DNA of 64,000 nucleotides from Iphione sp. A-MEVVRFRX5 (GCA_976226885.1 OZ320313.1:60946001-61010000), one strand, 5' to 3'. Positions 37,341 to 51,229 are shown, numbered from the stretch's first letter. Translations and numbers: made by a program. The notes: generated by a model from the sequence alone, not told the origin.

Positions 37341-40300
37341 GTAAGTATCAGAAGACACCAGCCAACAGGCTCAGACGTACCCAAGGCAAGCACATCTGTT
37401 TTTCGAACATGACTTGTAATGACCACAAAAAGTGGATATTTTATTTAACAAAATCAAAGAACTGGTTCTACCATGGTATGTTCTAATATAAGGGATATTG
37501 TCCATGCGTCCGTTTATAAACCCGCTATTGGTCCAGCTAAAAAGGCAACCATTGTGTCATCTACCCTGTGCGCCCACATGACTGTCACCAGGTATCCGCT
37601 ACCGTCATATCCCACTAGCCCCCCCCCCCCTCCATTTCCAGCAGTGTCCAATGTCTCGACATACCGATCCAGTAAATAGTCATTGGATATGCACCTCGTG
37701 CTTTGTCTCTTGACGTCGTCCTTTTGTATATAGGTATAATCAGGTTTTGGCTTAAGATTGCATTATATTGTGACACGTATTTTACACATCTTCATGATGT
37801 ATTTGTGCAATCAACTGTATTAAGGAGGACAGAGCACTCACACTGCAACCAAGAGAAAAGTTGGAATAACCCAAGGATCACAACACTGTGAACATTCTTC
37901 TATGTTAAGACAAAATTATATGAAAGTCACCTACCATCATCACAATGTATATTCATCATTATAACATTGGTCACAGTGCCAATGTCATAATGATCCAGCC
38001 GGTAGCTATAGCGAGGGTTACTTTCATGTATCTAGTGCTATACATTGGTCTTATTTGAAAGGATTTTTATGTAATAAAAAAATTTCATATTTGTTCTGTG
38101 GATATGCACCTGTGTATATATTATATAAATGTATGATTGGGCTCAATGCGACGGAGCATACTTGTCTGTGATAAGACATTCCAGCTGGTTTAGGCAAGAA
38201 ATTACAGTAAAATGGACTTCTCTTGTGAGCTATTGCAAATCCTTCTACCGTCACTCATCCTATTCCCTGAGGCAATGAAGGGATTCCCAGCAAGTCACCT
38301 TTCATCACTACAGGAAGACTAAACTTTCTCTCATCCGCCAACATATTGGGAGGAATCCTCTCACTAGGCTTAAAAAGACGGGCACTTCCAGCTCTAGCTT
38401 CTTTTCATCTGTGAAATTACTCCTGTCAGGACATTTCGCGCAATTCTTATCAGATTGCCCTCCGCATCTGTATGATTAAAGCTCAAGCATTATTATTCAA
38501 ATGACCCGAGATCAGTCGGTCTGGGAAATCATAACAAGAAAAAAATGACGTTCATATATGTGTAGCTCTGTAATGTTGCTGAAAAGCCACCACCCCATAT
38601 AATGTTAACTATGGCGTCTGAAAGAAGTAATGTTTCCCATTATCTCGTAAGATCTTGACCTCGACCAAATGCTTCAAGAACTCCGTTTCTCTAAATTGAC
38701 AACTTATTATTTGGTTCTAGTCTGTACTCTTTTCTCGATAGAAGATTACTTCCTTGGGCCCACCAGCGTTGTTTGCCTCTGGCATACCTTTCCTTAGAGC
38801 TGATGGGCCAGCCAACTCTGTCCTGTATCTTGGTCTAGTGATTGACGTGTTTTGCGTTGCGCTTACCGCGGTTGCTTGAGAAGAATGGCATTCGTTTCAA
38901 TTTGCTGAAACGGGAAACGACAGCTAACAAGCATCTAGTGCACCTGGTGCAAACACATACCCACCGGCACTAAACCACACACTCTCAATGCCACGCGCGC
39001 GCATACGCACAAACACACATACGCACACTAATGTACGTAGCTCTCACCCCACCCACGCACTCTGCCCCTACGACCGTACCCACCAACCAGCCGAACCATC
39101 GTCCAGCGGCGGGTCGGGTCGTGTGACCAGCATTGCCAAGGAGCTCACTTTTAGGGGTGATGTTTTACGCTGGTTGCCGAGCCCTGCCGCCTGGCCTGCT
39201 AGCAACACTTTACAGTCCCTGGCGCAAGTTAAAAGCATGACTTTTGCATTTAGCGGTCCAGATCGCCCCTGGCAGCGAGCTACTTTAATTGACCCGTCTG
39301 ATATAAGCTGGCCTCTAGGGAACTGCTACTGGTTCTTCAGTAAACTCAGCTGGCAGAAAAAAAGTACCGATCTGATTGGTTCTCCCGAAGGGCATCAGCT
39401 TGGCCCAGGCAGACCTCAAACCTCTAACGGTCAGTAAAAAAATCAAAAAGTAGATTCAGATAACGACTGCTGCTCTGAAATTGCACGTCCTCTAACGACG
39501 ACAGATGTGTCGATCTGAAGTGGAGAGAGGAAGTCATAACGATAGATATTCAAATGGAAGTTGATGGGGTGCAGATTTCGCGAAACACATTCTACCGATA
39601 TCGATTTTGATATGGCTAACACATGCCTAACGTACACACGAGACACGAATATGTCCAAATAAAAAGCTAATCAGGCAGCAATAGACAAAAGTTTAACATT
39701 CTATTCGTCGCTAATCTATCTCACTCAAGGAAGAAATTTAGTCACAGAGGACAATTAGCCATAGCTGCCTGAATGGTTCGCTACTAACGAAAACTGACAG
39801 CCTCCACAGTGCGCATGCTCACAGATGAGTGACGCATGTGCAGTGATATTCAGACGTCATCTAATCAGAACTTGCTAATTACTTGCAGAATTTAAGCATA
39901 AAATGAGGTTCCATACTTGTCACACAACAGCGTCATTAGATGCGTCTTTCTTTTAAAGTTTCCAATCAACTTCCGATTGGAATTGAAAGATTACCGACAA
40001 TTGTCTGATTTTATATTCTGCCTGCGTTTATACGATTCTTAGTTATTTATTTATATGATGAACAGGCTTGCTCGCTCGGAGATTTGCATGCGTAATGATT
40101 TGGCTTCAAAGCTGTCAATAGCACTCGTTGTGTTTTCTTTCAGTCCGAACTAATTATTGAGAGAGTAGTGCTATTGCATTTAGGGCACTCCGCCCTGAAC
40201 ATATCAGCCATTTGGCTGAAGAGTGAATTCGCGAAGTTGTTTTGTGGAATGAATGAAAGCAACCGACGTACTAAATAATTAGAGCCCTGATTGATATCCC

Positions 40301-41676
40301 AAGTCAGCGAATGCTAGTAGATTTCCATACTGAGTCACAAACTTTGTTCACGAAATTTCATCGGTTGTCCACGCAGTCATAAGCTTTCCATCAACGAGAA
40401 AACACGAAAATCATACAAACGAAATACATACATGTAGACCTTTAAACAAGGAAGACTTGCGAAACACTCGCGACAGTCATACCAGGCGCAGTGGCTAGTA
40501 TGAACTACACGGCAAGTATCATTAGGTTCAATTTATGTCACTTCACGTGAATACACCTGTCCCAGTGAAAATGACAAGTAAAATGTGACGACCGCCATCG
40601 TTAATGTATGAGCGGAGAAGTGAAAAAAGGCCAAACTCAAAATTATGAGAAATGAGTTTTTTTCCAGCACAAAAAATATAAGACTAATACGGTGATTCAG
40701 TGAAAGAGTGATTCGGTGAAAGAGAACTGTCAGTACATGTTTCATCACTGGGTTATCCTCCAATTACATTGGAAGAGATCTGTAAGAGGGTTTCTAATCA
40801 CTCGAACAAAGATGACATGAACTCCTAGGCCTCAGATTTTGAAGTCGAATACAAGAGACAAACATTTCGTGCCTGACCAGTACTTAGATATTTAAAAAAT
40901 ACTGTATACAATAATCCCTCACGACATATTGGTAGTTGAATCCCGAATTTCAGAGCCTATAAAATGCATGTATCGACACTATTTTCAATTCGTGATTGCC
41001 GAAATTGAGGTTAACTTAATTTTTATATGTTCATAAAACATATAAGCACTATATTTTACAGTGCGTGAAGACGTACAGTACTGTGTGCATAAGTGCCAAT
41101 CGGGGAATGTAATTTAATACCCTTTTTATTCTATTCGGTTGTCACACTTCTGTAAATATACTGTCGTAGGGCTCTCTGGAGGTATGTTGCCGTAAACAGA
41201 TAAACCATCTGCATTCTGAAAAAAAAACCTTGGAATGTTTTTTGTTATTTCTTCTCGAAATCTTTCACTACCTACGAATTTTAAAAGCAAAATCACTTTC
41301 CTAAGGTAAAATAATTAACCATCCAACTCGTCTGAAGAATAAAAGAGGAATAAATTGCCGCAAGCTTACGTGAACAATTGATTTGAGTCACTTTGAAATG
41401 AAAAATAGTAAGGAGTTCGTAAGTGCCTGTGTTTTGCCAAGTACGTAATAAAGATACTAATATAGGCCTTACTTTCAAATATTAATCAAGACAGGGAATG
41501 TTTTGAATCTTGCATTACTTACGTTAATATTAAGTTAAGTGGTCATTAGTTTTCTTTCTTTTCTATATGGTGTCCAATAAGGGTTGTTTCTAGTGGAGAT
41601 TGGTATATATATATACATCTAAAATACATGGACCCTTTTTCTTATTTAAGCATCAATATATCAATGCATCTTTGAA

Positions 41677-41843
41677 CAGTGGGGACCCAGATAGAAGACC
41701 AAACTTGAGACTGACCAATGTTGGTCTCTCCCATCGATTGGTTTCATTAGATATACCCTATGTAGAGTGAAAAGGATTATTTTGGCCTTAGAGATCATGG
41801 TCTGTGTCTCAGTTTGGTCTGATCTTTAACCAGGTGTCCACTG
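41677..41843. mobile_element. Diverged pogo/Tc1-type MITE
   Basis: Left cagtggggaccc...agaccaaacttgagactgacca versus reverse complement of the right end cagtggacacc...agaccaaactgagacacagacca. Right end followed by TA (41844-41845); left flank is AA. Confidence 0.55.
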
Positions 41844-43072
41844 TATTTGTTTTATTTTAGGTTAGTGCTGTTGTTTTCCGCACACCTTTTTGGCAGGATT
41901 TTTTAGAAACATGTCCGGAAGAGCCACTGATGATCTAGCCCATGTGAAACGTCATATATTTCAAATTCTGTACACGAATTTGATATGCTATACCATATGG
42001 ATCATACGATTCTTTATGATGAATTTTGTTTAGACGTAGACGCAGACTGAGAGAGACACCAACATCATGAGGAACAGACGAGGGGAAAGACTGAAAAAAC
42101 AACAAGTGTGATCGTTTGCTAGGGTGTAAAAACCACCCATGTACATATATGTATGTATGAATGTGTGTATGTGCGTGGGTATTTACATATACAAGGCATC
42201 TTTAAACATCGTTGCATCAGCCAGCCATTTCTCTCTTCCTCCCTGCTTTGTGAACCAGCGCATGGTAATGTAATACCCTTCCTTCATAATTGGTGCATTA
42301 ACCAGTTCATGGCGTTCCCAAAACATGTCTTGACAACTACCACCACTCCACCTAATGATCCATCACTTTCAACAGCGCACAACCCACAAGATGTCCTTCA
42401 AATAGCGGCTTTACAGCGATTGTCCTAGAATTTCAGGCTATCTATACAGTAGAAATAATGATACAGAGCAAAAATTGCTTGTGGTGTGAGTCTTTCGGGT
42501 TAAACATCCTGCTGGCTTCGGACCTTAGAAAATATGACACAATGTATGGTACATAGTGCTTTATGCACTATAAAGGCATGTATACATGGCTTTTAACAAA
42601 GTGGTCCTGAGGCACTTTGGTTACAAGAAGTCAGTATGATACAAGAGCAACCGCAGACGCCCTGCAGGGGCAGTTGGCTTGATGTAAGGCACGATAGGAG
42701 GATTAGGAGTCACAGGGAGAAAGTGCTGCCTGCCGGAAAACTGTAGCGTGCATGGGGAAGTGCTGGTGACAACCAGGAGACCACAGCGGTTTTGGTGGAC
42801 GCCTAGCGGGGCTGTTGGGTTGAAAGATGGTGGTAGTACCTTGTAGTGGACAGTGGTGATTAGATGGGAAAAGAGGGTGTTAGATATGTAGTAGGTAGGA
42901 AGTATAGTAGTGAAGCATCGCGGACAAAAACAGCAGGCGGAATAGCGTGACGATTAAGGAATCAAAAATTAAAGGCATTTCGCTACATACATGCTCCTTT
43001 TCCTATCGTCTCAATTCCTTTATCGTACTGCAATATAGATAATTATAATCAACACGTTTTCTGCATTGCTAA

Positions 43073-43296
43073 GGCCCTCTAAAAATAGGTGTGTTTCTGG
43101 TAACCCACCCCTACCTAGTAAAACCTCACCCTACCTAAACATTTTCTGGCCCCAAAGGGTTTCCAAGGCTGAATATCCTTAGATTTCCTTAAACCAGAGG
43201 AAGAAACTGGAAAAAGATCTAAAATAAAAAAGATACCCCCCTCTCTACCTAGGTTTTTAGCTGGTTGTTACCAGAAACACACCTATTGTTTTGGCC
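43073..43296. mobile_element. MITE, GGC-terminus family copy B
   Basis: taa|ggccctctaaaaataggtgtgtttctggtaac ... gttaccagaaacacacctattgttttggcc|aaa. A 21-bp perfect inverted core (aataggtgtgtttctggtaac); flanks TAA/AAA (one mismatch). Confidence 0.85.
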
Positions 43297-46119
43297 AAAA
43301 TTGCTTCCCTTTACAATATGCCATGACACCCTCCTTAAAAGTCCTGACCAATCCTATATCCTATTTTTCCTTGTCCATCGTGCAACCGTTCTGTCACTGC
43401 TTATCTCTAAGCACCCTGACCGCTTTTATCGGACCCGTTCTTTTGCCGTTGTACCTATTTTCTGCGTGTGTATGTATTTCCTTTTGACTATGGGTGTGCC
43501 ATTCCATGTTGATGGGTGTAGCTTCAATGAATTGACTCATCATCTCATATGATGTAACACTATCAAACCAGGGAAATCAAATTCTTTAATATTTTGGCGG
43601 ATGAGCTCTGTCAGACTGGGGGATCAAACATCATGATACAATCAGAATATTTGATGGCTGAAGAATCTGATAAATGTGTGTCGGATGTCAGATTTCTGTA
43701 GGTACTGGGAACTAGTTAATTATGTTGTGTCTATTGGCTTATTGTGACATCAAGGTATTGTTTAAGATACGAGGGCACCGTATGTATTCAAGGGCACAAT
43801 TTTCTGAATAAATGGACATGCTCTCTTTGCACCTGGAGAGAGTAACACCAGCAGAGGTCCTGCAGTGGAGGGAGCAAGATGTTCTTGTGTTGGAGTTCGT
43901 TTGTGTGGCATCTCTATCCTTCTGATCCACTAGCTGAAGTTTACGAGCTGCTTGTATGTTACAATATATTCACCGGGCTTTAAAATGGATTTTGTCTTGA
44001 GTTTAGAAATCAACATAGCCCTTGAAGTGGGTACCTAAAAGTGCTGTATTTTGATTTGATAAGCATACGCCTAGGAGCAAAATTAACCTAGTTACATTCC
44101 TTGGGGTCACAAGGCTTGGCATTTCTTCAAAATTTTTCTTTGAAAAATAGTTAGTGTCTACTTCAGTTTCACTTCTTTTACACAGAAAAAATGCTGATAT
44201 ATCAAACACGAGCTGAAACTAAGGGCCTATTATCAGACGATGACAAGAGAAACAATGGAGTGGTTGTGTAGGTTTCTAGATGATCATTACGTTGTAATAG
44301 ATAAAGTGTTGTATTATGTTTTCCATGCAATCCTTTACAGTGATACATATCAGGTCCGCCGCCGGAGAGGTTATTCTAACATCCCGACAATCATGACAAG
44401 GTCACAGTCCTCCATTTAATCATTTCTGTTTGCTGCACAGTGATTAGATTCAGGGATGAGTTACCTTGGTAGGTCTGCATAATTGAGCAAGAAACCGCGG
44501 TTCATACCATTCAGTATGACAGCATCATCATTTGGACGGTTCCTTCTGTGAGTTCTAAGTATTCAGAAGACCAGGATACCAGATAGTCTGCACGTTACAC
44601 CGCCTCGTACCCAGCTACCCGAGCTCATGAAGGTTTAGCACAGATCTTTAAGACTTAAGATTCAAAAGATGTTTACCAAACGATCCCGCCCCAACCCCTC
44701 CCTTACACTCCAGGGCCGAGTAGTACCTATGAAAGCTGTCAACCTGAGGGACGGAGGCATATAACATGTTTTGCCTTCGGCATGCATGCATAAAATAGGC
44801 ACGTGCAACTTCACCTGCTCTAAGTGAAAAGCTGTGTACCACTTGTAGGTCATATTCACTTAGTATTTTTGCGTTCAAAGGGACCATGGAATTTACACCT
44901 GACATTGAGAGGCTTGAGAGGTAGAGACGCTTTTGATCCTTTACGTTGGATAGGAATGCGATTCAACCATTATTTGTTCAGCTTTTAATGGTTGTCTTTT
45001 TGAAGGTGGATTTGCTAATAATCCTCCTTTTATGTTATTCATATGTGCCTTCTATTGCAACATCCTCCGCGACCCTCAGGAACACATCGTTTTATATCGC
45101 GCTTGACACCTCTTCTAGACACATACTTACCAAAGAATCCAATTATCTAGATATTGAAACAAGCTCTGCGCTTTTCATAGCTGCGGTATATCTGAGTGTA
45201 CGTCCATGAGGTTACATCAATGGAGTTATGTGGAAAGCTTTTATTCATCGGATTTCCTTTGCTCATGCTTTACACAGGGGGTTATACGATTTCGTTACAG
45301 CTGATGAAATAATCTCTACTTACATTAGAAAATGTATCCTAGGGAGAGGTTGCATTACTGAATTTTATTACATCGAATGAAATTTTGGATGTAAATCGCG
45401 GGATCTACTCCTTCTCTATCCTGGTAGATGCTCAAATATCATTGTACCATTAAATACTATAGAAATCCCTGTGGTATTCATGCTCATTGTAGAAGTTTGT
45501 GCAAATAAGAATCTAGAGAAGCAGTTCCCTAGCCTGTATTTGGGTGTGTATGGTTGGGGTGTATTCCTCTGCATTTGTAAAGAACAAGTTGATTTTAATG
45601 AAGGCTGATATATCGGTTTGTGTATGCATATGCATGTGTTGGGTATCTGTTGCTCATTATTGAATGCTGCTCGTTAATTTCATGCATTTGCACCGAAGCA
45701 AGAGAATGCACGAGCAAATCGTCTCACAATTACGAACATATCTACTATATTTGCCATTTTTTTATTTCTCCTAGAAACATTCACCAGTTTTTGCCAGTTG
45801 TTACACCTTTTCCAGTAAAATTCTTTTGTCTTGTCACTGCTCCTGTAAAATTTGCCACATTTGATACTTTTTTCACTGAATTTGGCAGATTTTTACTGCC
45901 AGTTAGTGAGTTCAGACTGCGAATCAGCAGGTTAAGAAAATGCATGGTGACGCACATGGAGGGCACATGCAAAGGAATGCATACAAATGCAGATAAAGGA
46001 ACTTGGCCTTACTATGATTTGTAGGAAATAATAATTTGTCACATAAAATACATATTAGGCAAATTGGCCTGGAATGAGGCTAATTTCAGGGAAACTAGGC
46101 CGGAAAATAAAAGAAAATG

Positions 46120-46235
46120 GCAAAAAAATGTATTTCATGGAAACTCACCCAAAAATGGTGAAATTCATGGAAACTTTCGCCGAAAAACAGCAAAGTTTAT
46201 GGAAACTCAGCTGAAAAACAGCAAAATTCATGATT
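46120..46235. repeat. Minisatellite, 30-32 bp unit with A-tracts
   Basis: atggaaact at 46137, 46167 and 46199, and atg at 46230 (periods 30, 32, 31). Confidence 0.85.
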
Positions 46236-46925
46236 TCATGTGCAGTAATATACGATAATGTCTAGAAATGTGGAGTAATGTCTGGTAATGTCTTTCTTTG
46301 AGCACAAAACACACCCTCATGTCTAATTCGGCTCCACTTTCCCTATACTACTGTGGAAAACATGGTGGTATTTCTGTGGAAATAGGACTTCTCCCATTTT
46401 GAAAACACGGTGTATGCAGACATATTACATTTGGCATGCCCAATGTGCACATGGAAACATGTGTATATATGTGTATTAAAAAAAACAATATAACTAAACG
46501 CTTACATGCCTCATGAAGATCGCATGCACATGAAAACTTATGGCCAATTTCTCATTCAGCAAGTCTTGTCTGCTTGTGTCTCACTTTGGCTGAGCGTGCT
46601 ATCTATTGTGGATTTTTCATGCACTGTACGAACTCTGGGATAGCTAGATACGGTGAGTTCAAACTGAGACTGATTAGAACTGGCTGTGCAAGGGGGGTGG
46701 GGGTGTTGCTCTAATACACTGAAATCAGGTGAAATAATGGATATATTTTATTGGAAACTACAGATAAAGCATATTATATTATTTTTCAAGGTTTACCCTT
46801 CAAAATGGGTAATTGCCAAGGTGTTATGTGGAATACAATGACACATACCAATGTGAAGGTGGTAGGGTATCCTTGACAGGCTGTTAGGTGTTGTGGCACT
46901 GCTTTATCATAGTTGTGCATGTGCT

Positions 46926-47205
46926 TTGTGCTGATCAGGAGGAATTCTATCCAAATGGCAAGTTTTTGGTGCTGATTAAGAGGAAATCCACCCAAATCTG
47001 TGTAAATGGTTATTTTGTTTATTCTGACTGGGAGAAATTACACCCAGATAGCAAGTTTTTGGTGCTGAATAGGAGGAAATCCACCCAAATCTGTGTAAAT
47101 GGTTGTTTTGTTTATTCTGACTGGGAGAAATTACACCCAAATGGCAAGTTTTTTTTGTGCTGATTGGGAGGAATCCTCCCCAAATCTGTGTAGATAGTGA
47201 CTTTG
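46926..47205. repeat. Tandem repeat with a 93-bp higher-order unit (41-bp A plus 52-bp B subunits)
   Basis: gcaagtttt at 46958, 47051, 47144; cccaaatctgtgta at 46991, 47084, 47179. The ORF at 46888-47163 merely reads this repeat. Confidence 0.92.
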
Positions 47206-50105
47206 TTAATGCAAATTATATGCAAATTAGAAAATATTTTACATCATCTAGCATACATGTTCATTGCTCATGTTGAAATCAATGCCCACAATGGTGTGAA
47301 CAGTCCCCAAGACACTTCAGGAGGTATGTAAGGTTTTACTAGCTTATCTGGCACCGATGTTGAATGAGTAAAGTATTATCCCTAAGCCAAGACACCTGTA
47401 TAATGAAGGAGTTAAGCCTGTTTAATCAGAAACACACTTATGCAGATACGTGGCTGGCAGTCAAGCTTAAACTGCACCAGGATGAATGAGAAATCGGCAA
47501 TTAGCTTTCAAGTCTATTCCAAGCTTGAGACGGCACTACGGGGTGACCGATTGGGAAAAAGGTGTGTGGTAGGATGGGCTACGGGTTACACTGATGTAGG
47601 GAATACATACTGAAGTGGGGCATATTTAAGTTATGCCCAGTTTCCCATTCACCATTCCCATTCATGGGCTGACTGAGGCTGTGCACAAGACACTACCCCT
47701 GACTTAGTGTTTTCCCATTTGCACAACGTATCTCTGGGTATTATGTCACACCTCATGGTTAAGATACGAGGTTTCCTATTCAACAGACAGGGTAGATAAG
47801 GCTGCTAAAAATAAGCCAGGTCTCAATTTCATAAAGGACAAGCCAGAATCAGGTCTGCCTCAATGGCGAAGACCGAGGCACCCCTCATGGGTCGTTGCCT
47901 ACCCCAATTCAGGTTGTTCTGGGCATTATTTAATATTAGAGGTCATTCTCAGTGAGGGGAGTACCAGAACATAACCCCTGGCTAGTATACTACTACACCT
48001 TAACTCAGCTTCACCTTATCTCTGGGCCTTGAAGATAAGTGGCTGAATGGTCAACTCCAAGTTGAGGTCGACCTAAGCCAAAGTAGCAGTTACACAGATA
48101 AGGTGGGTCGAAGGGAAACCAGGCACTAGTCTGGGCAGGAAAAGGCTGATTGGAGGGGGGGGGTTAAGGCAATTTTAGGGAAATCGTATTCTATTCATAC
48201 ATTTATATCTTTCGTGGATGTGACACTGGGAGTCAAGACGCCTCTCCGCTGCACTTTAATATAGTTTTCATATACCGAAAACTACCCTAATGGAACTGGA
48301 TGTAATCATATATCTGTATGGTCTATGATTTTTCACGTTGTAAATCCAATACTGAAGCACTGAAGTCCGTATGAAAATTCATTGATTCAACATTTCATCT
48401 TTAAAACTACATATATACATTTTAAAGGTTTTGATGCTGTTAAATCATCGGGAAAGATTTAAGGTATATCTACTCTTTCACATCTAGACCAGGATCAATA
48501 TCCTAACTAAAAGTACCATAAGCATAATATAAAAGTTGTATCCGTATATTGTTTTAAAAAGATGCAATAGCGTTTGTTCGTTTAATTTATGCCTGATGGA
48601 TATGCAGCAATCCTTTTCTCATACACGTCTGTTCTACCTTCAAGCATATATATGGATCCTTCAGGGAATTTCCTAATTACCAATACTAACGTTGTGAAGA
48701 ATGGCATGGTAGTTCTCTGTATTCCCGGTACTAACAATATAAGGTTGCATTAAATTGGAGTTTTGTGTTATCGTATCAGCTATCATACTGTGCCCTTAAT
48801 AATTTGTGTGATTACTTTATTGAGGATCCAGAAATGGTCCTTCCCATCTTTGGAATTAGATAAGCTCACTTGTTCATGTCGATCTTATATTATGTTTAAC
48901 GCACTCGGGCAAAACGACGTGGACTGAATGAGCGATGTCTGGAGGTATAAAATGAAATCGAGTATTCGAACATTTTTCATTTCATTTTTCCCCATTTTCA
49001 TTGTATTTTTAATCGGAGAACTAGATATTCAGCTATCATTTAAGCTGTTCTTCCATGTCCTCCGGAGGTAAACACTTTTTTAAAATGTAATAAGTGTACA
49101 AGTAACCATTGCCACTATTCGGCATTCTCACCTGAGGGTCTATGGGCGTAGCTGTACATACACTTGCACGTTTGACACAGCGTCACCTGCGGTTCTCCAT
49201 TGCCGTTGTACATCTATATCTATGCTGCATATATTTTGTTAATCAAAAATCGATGAGATCCTATCTGGATTACATATTTCTTGAACGTATCCCCCGTGTC
49301 TATCTGGCACACAACTAGCAGACTGTCCCTGAAGTTGAAATACCACATTGGGTTGTAGTATTGTGGATGCATGTGCCACGCAGGGTCCCTGAAGACGTAT
49401 TCACGGGCGCTGATGGATAGAAAGTGGAACTTTGCTCAGTGTGTGCAATTAGTCGGATTAATATGCATTGAAACGTAATGAACCCACAGTGAACGAAGAG
49501 TTTGTTCTCTATCTAATAAGACGTATGATGTAATGATTATGACTTTCAGATGAGTATAGGTGGCGAACAAAGAAACATCGCACCGACTCAAAGTAAGAAA
49601 TTAATTGTTTCATTATGGCGGGATCTTTGGCACCGAGGCAGGATCCTGAATACAGTAATAGTGACGACTTCTTTATAGGCAGTCAACTGCTTACCAAATT
49701 ATCTCGCAGTATGTGAAATGTGTCTTACCAGTGCGAGAGAAAGCCAGTGACGTACTGTAATTTTTGGCTCTTCCTAATGCATGTTTATGTTGATTTCCAT
49801 TGCGAACGTTGTATTTTGCATACTTTTGGGGGAGATTGCATGGCTAATGACCTACAGATGTCTACGTTGAGGAAGTATGCTATGGAAATGTATTGGATAG
49901 AGCATGAGGTTATTTAAAACCCATCTTGCAAGAGTTGGCCTCACGAAAACGCATCTGTAAGTGTTGTGATTGGATACATATAAATCAAATAGCTACATTC
50001 TGCACACAAACGCACTTATGTCAACACGCCCGGTCATGTGAACAATGTGTTCATGTAAAAGGCCCGTAAGTCAGCCTTCATTTGCATATTTTTGTGGATC
50101 ATGTA

Positions 50106-50283
50106 CAGTGAAAATTCACTATTCTAACATTGCTTGGTTTCAAGTAATTTTGGCTGCAATAGAGAGGATAGTGGAATAGTGAGGTGTTTTAACATTAAAT
50201 GGTCTCATTTTGTACCGAATGAATTTGCTTAAAATAGCGAGGTTAGTGCATTAGTAAGGTTGTGGAATACCAAGGGTCTAATG
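50106..50283. mobile_element. Possible diverged pogo/Tigger-type MITE
   Basis: ta|cagtgaaaattcactattc at the left. Internal gaatagtgagg and aatagcgagg are inversely related to the left end. Right end gggtctaatg|ta is degenerate. Confidence 0.4.
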
Positions 50284-50821
50284 TATCTGTTTATCCTCAT
50301 ATTGCTTTCGTTCGTTGCTGTTGGTCTGGTCCCTCGCTAACGTAATAGATGACCAAATAAGGAATCGGTAGATTACAATGATTCTACAAAGAAAGTGCAT
50401 GTCATACCCGACTTCATAGCAAACCTTGCTCACATTCACATTATGAAACATGCAATACAGGCACACTGACGTGCCGCGTACATCAAAGCGGATACCAGGG
50501 TAGTCGGACCGTACTGGTCTGCAGCCAGACCACAGACAAGTCAACGGGCCTATCGGCAGCCCTCCTCAGTCCTCCCGTCCCATACTACACGTTGCAATAT
50601 CACCAGTGCTGATAGTACTATGGCAACAGCCCTCTTGCTGTCGGTTACACTGGCATGATGAGTAGCTGTACAACAGCAGCAACACTAGCATAACCGGCCT
50701 TCCGGCGTTCCATACAAAGTGGGGCGTTTAGCGGGCACTGCATTGGTTCAAATGGCGGTTATCTACTTAATACCAACCATATGGGGGGACTCCCATCACC
50801 GACAGCAGCATCTCATACAAA

Positions 50822-50952
50822 NNNNNNNNNNNNNNNNNNNNNNNNNNNNNNNNNNNNNNNNNNNNNNNNNNNNNNNNNNNNNNNNNNNNNNNNNNNNNNN
50901 NNNNNNNNNNNNNNNNNNNNNNNNNNNNNNNNNNNNNNNNNNNNNNNNNNNN
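50822..50952. other. Assembly gap (131 N)
   Basis: Run of N in the sequence. Confidence 1.
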
Positions 50953-51229
50953 GTGATGTTGGCGAGGAGACTTTTGGATGGACTGTTTGTGTGATATATT
51001 AGGGTCATTACTTCCTTTCTTCTATTTGTTCCTGTCCAGCAGGGGTCAGGTCGTTTGGAAGGAAGTGGTTAGCCGTTCAGTAAACCATCTCTTCTGTCTT
51101 GAACAAAAGTACACACGTACGATGTCGCACAGAACATGTCAATGAGCGGTATAACTAGCACGAACGATCCCTACGGTCATACTTGCGAGTACAACACAGG
51201 CAGCGACAGGAATAAGCCAAGTGAGAATA

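Noticed and set aside
38988-39437. 149-aa ORF
   Set aside because: Begins in a CA/GC simple repeat and has no recognisable motif; also no convincing RT motif on the opposite strand.
41927-41953. Hammerhead-like CTGATGA...GAAACGTC
   Set aside because: Stem II (tctagcccatgt) does not pair and there is no complementary stem I arm. Other CTGANGA sites checked on both strands also lacked a correctly placed GAAA.
30321-47205. Regularly repeated units as a CRISPR-like array
   Set aside because: The arrays are head-to-tail tandem repeats without unique spacers, the context is eukaryotic, and no cas-like ORFs are present.
50719-51008. ORFs spanning the N run
   Set aside because: Artefacts of translating the assembly gap as X.
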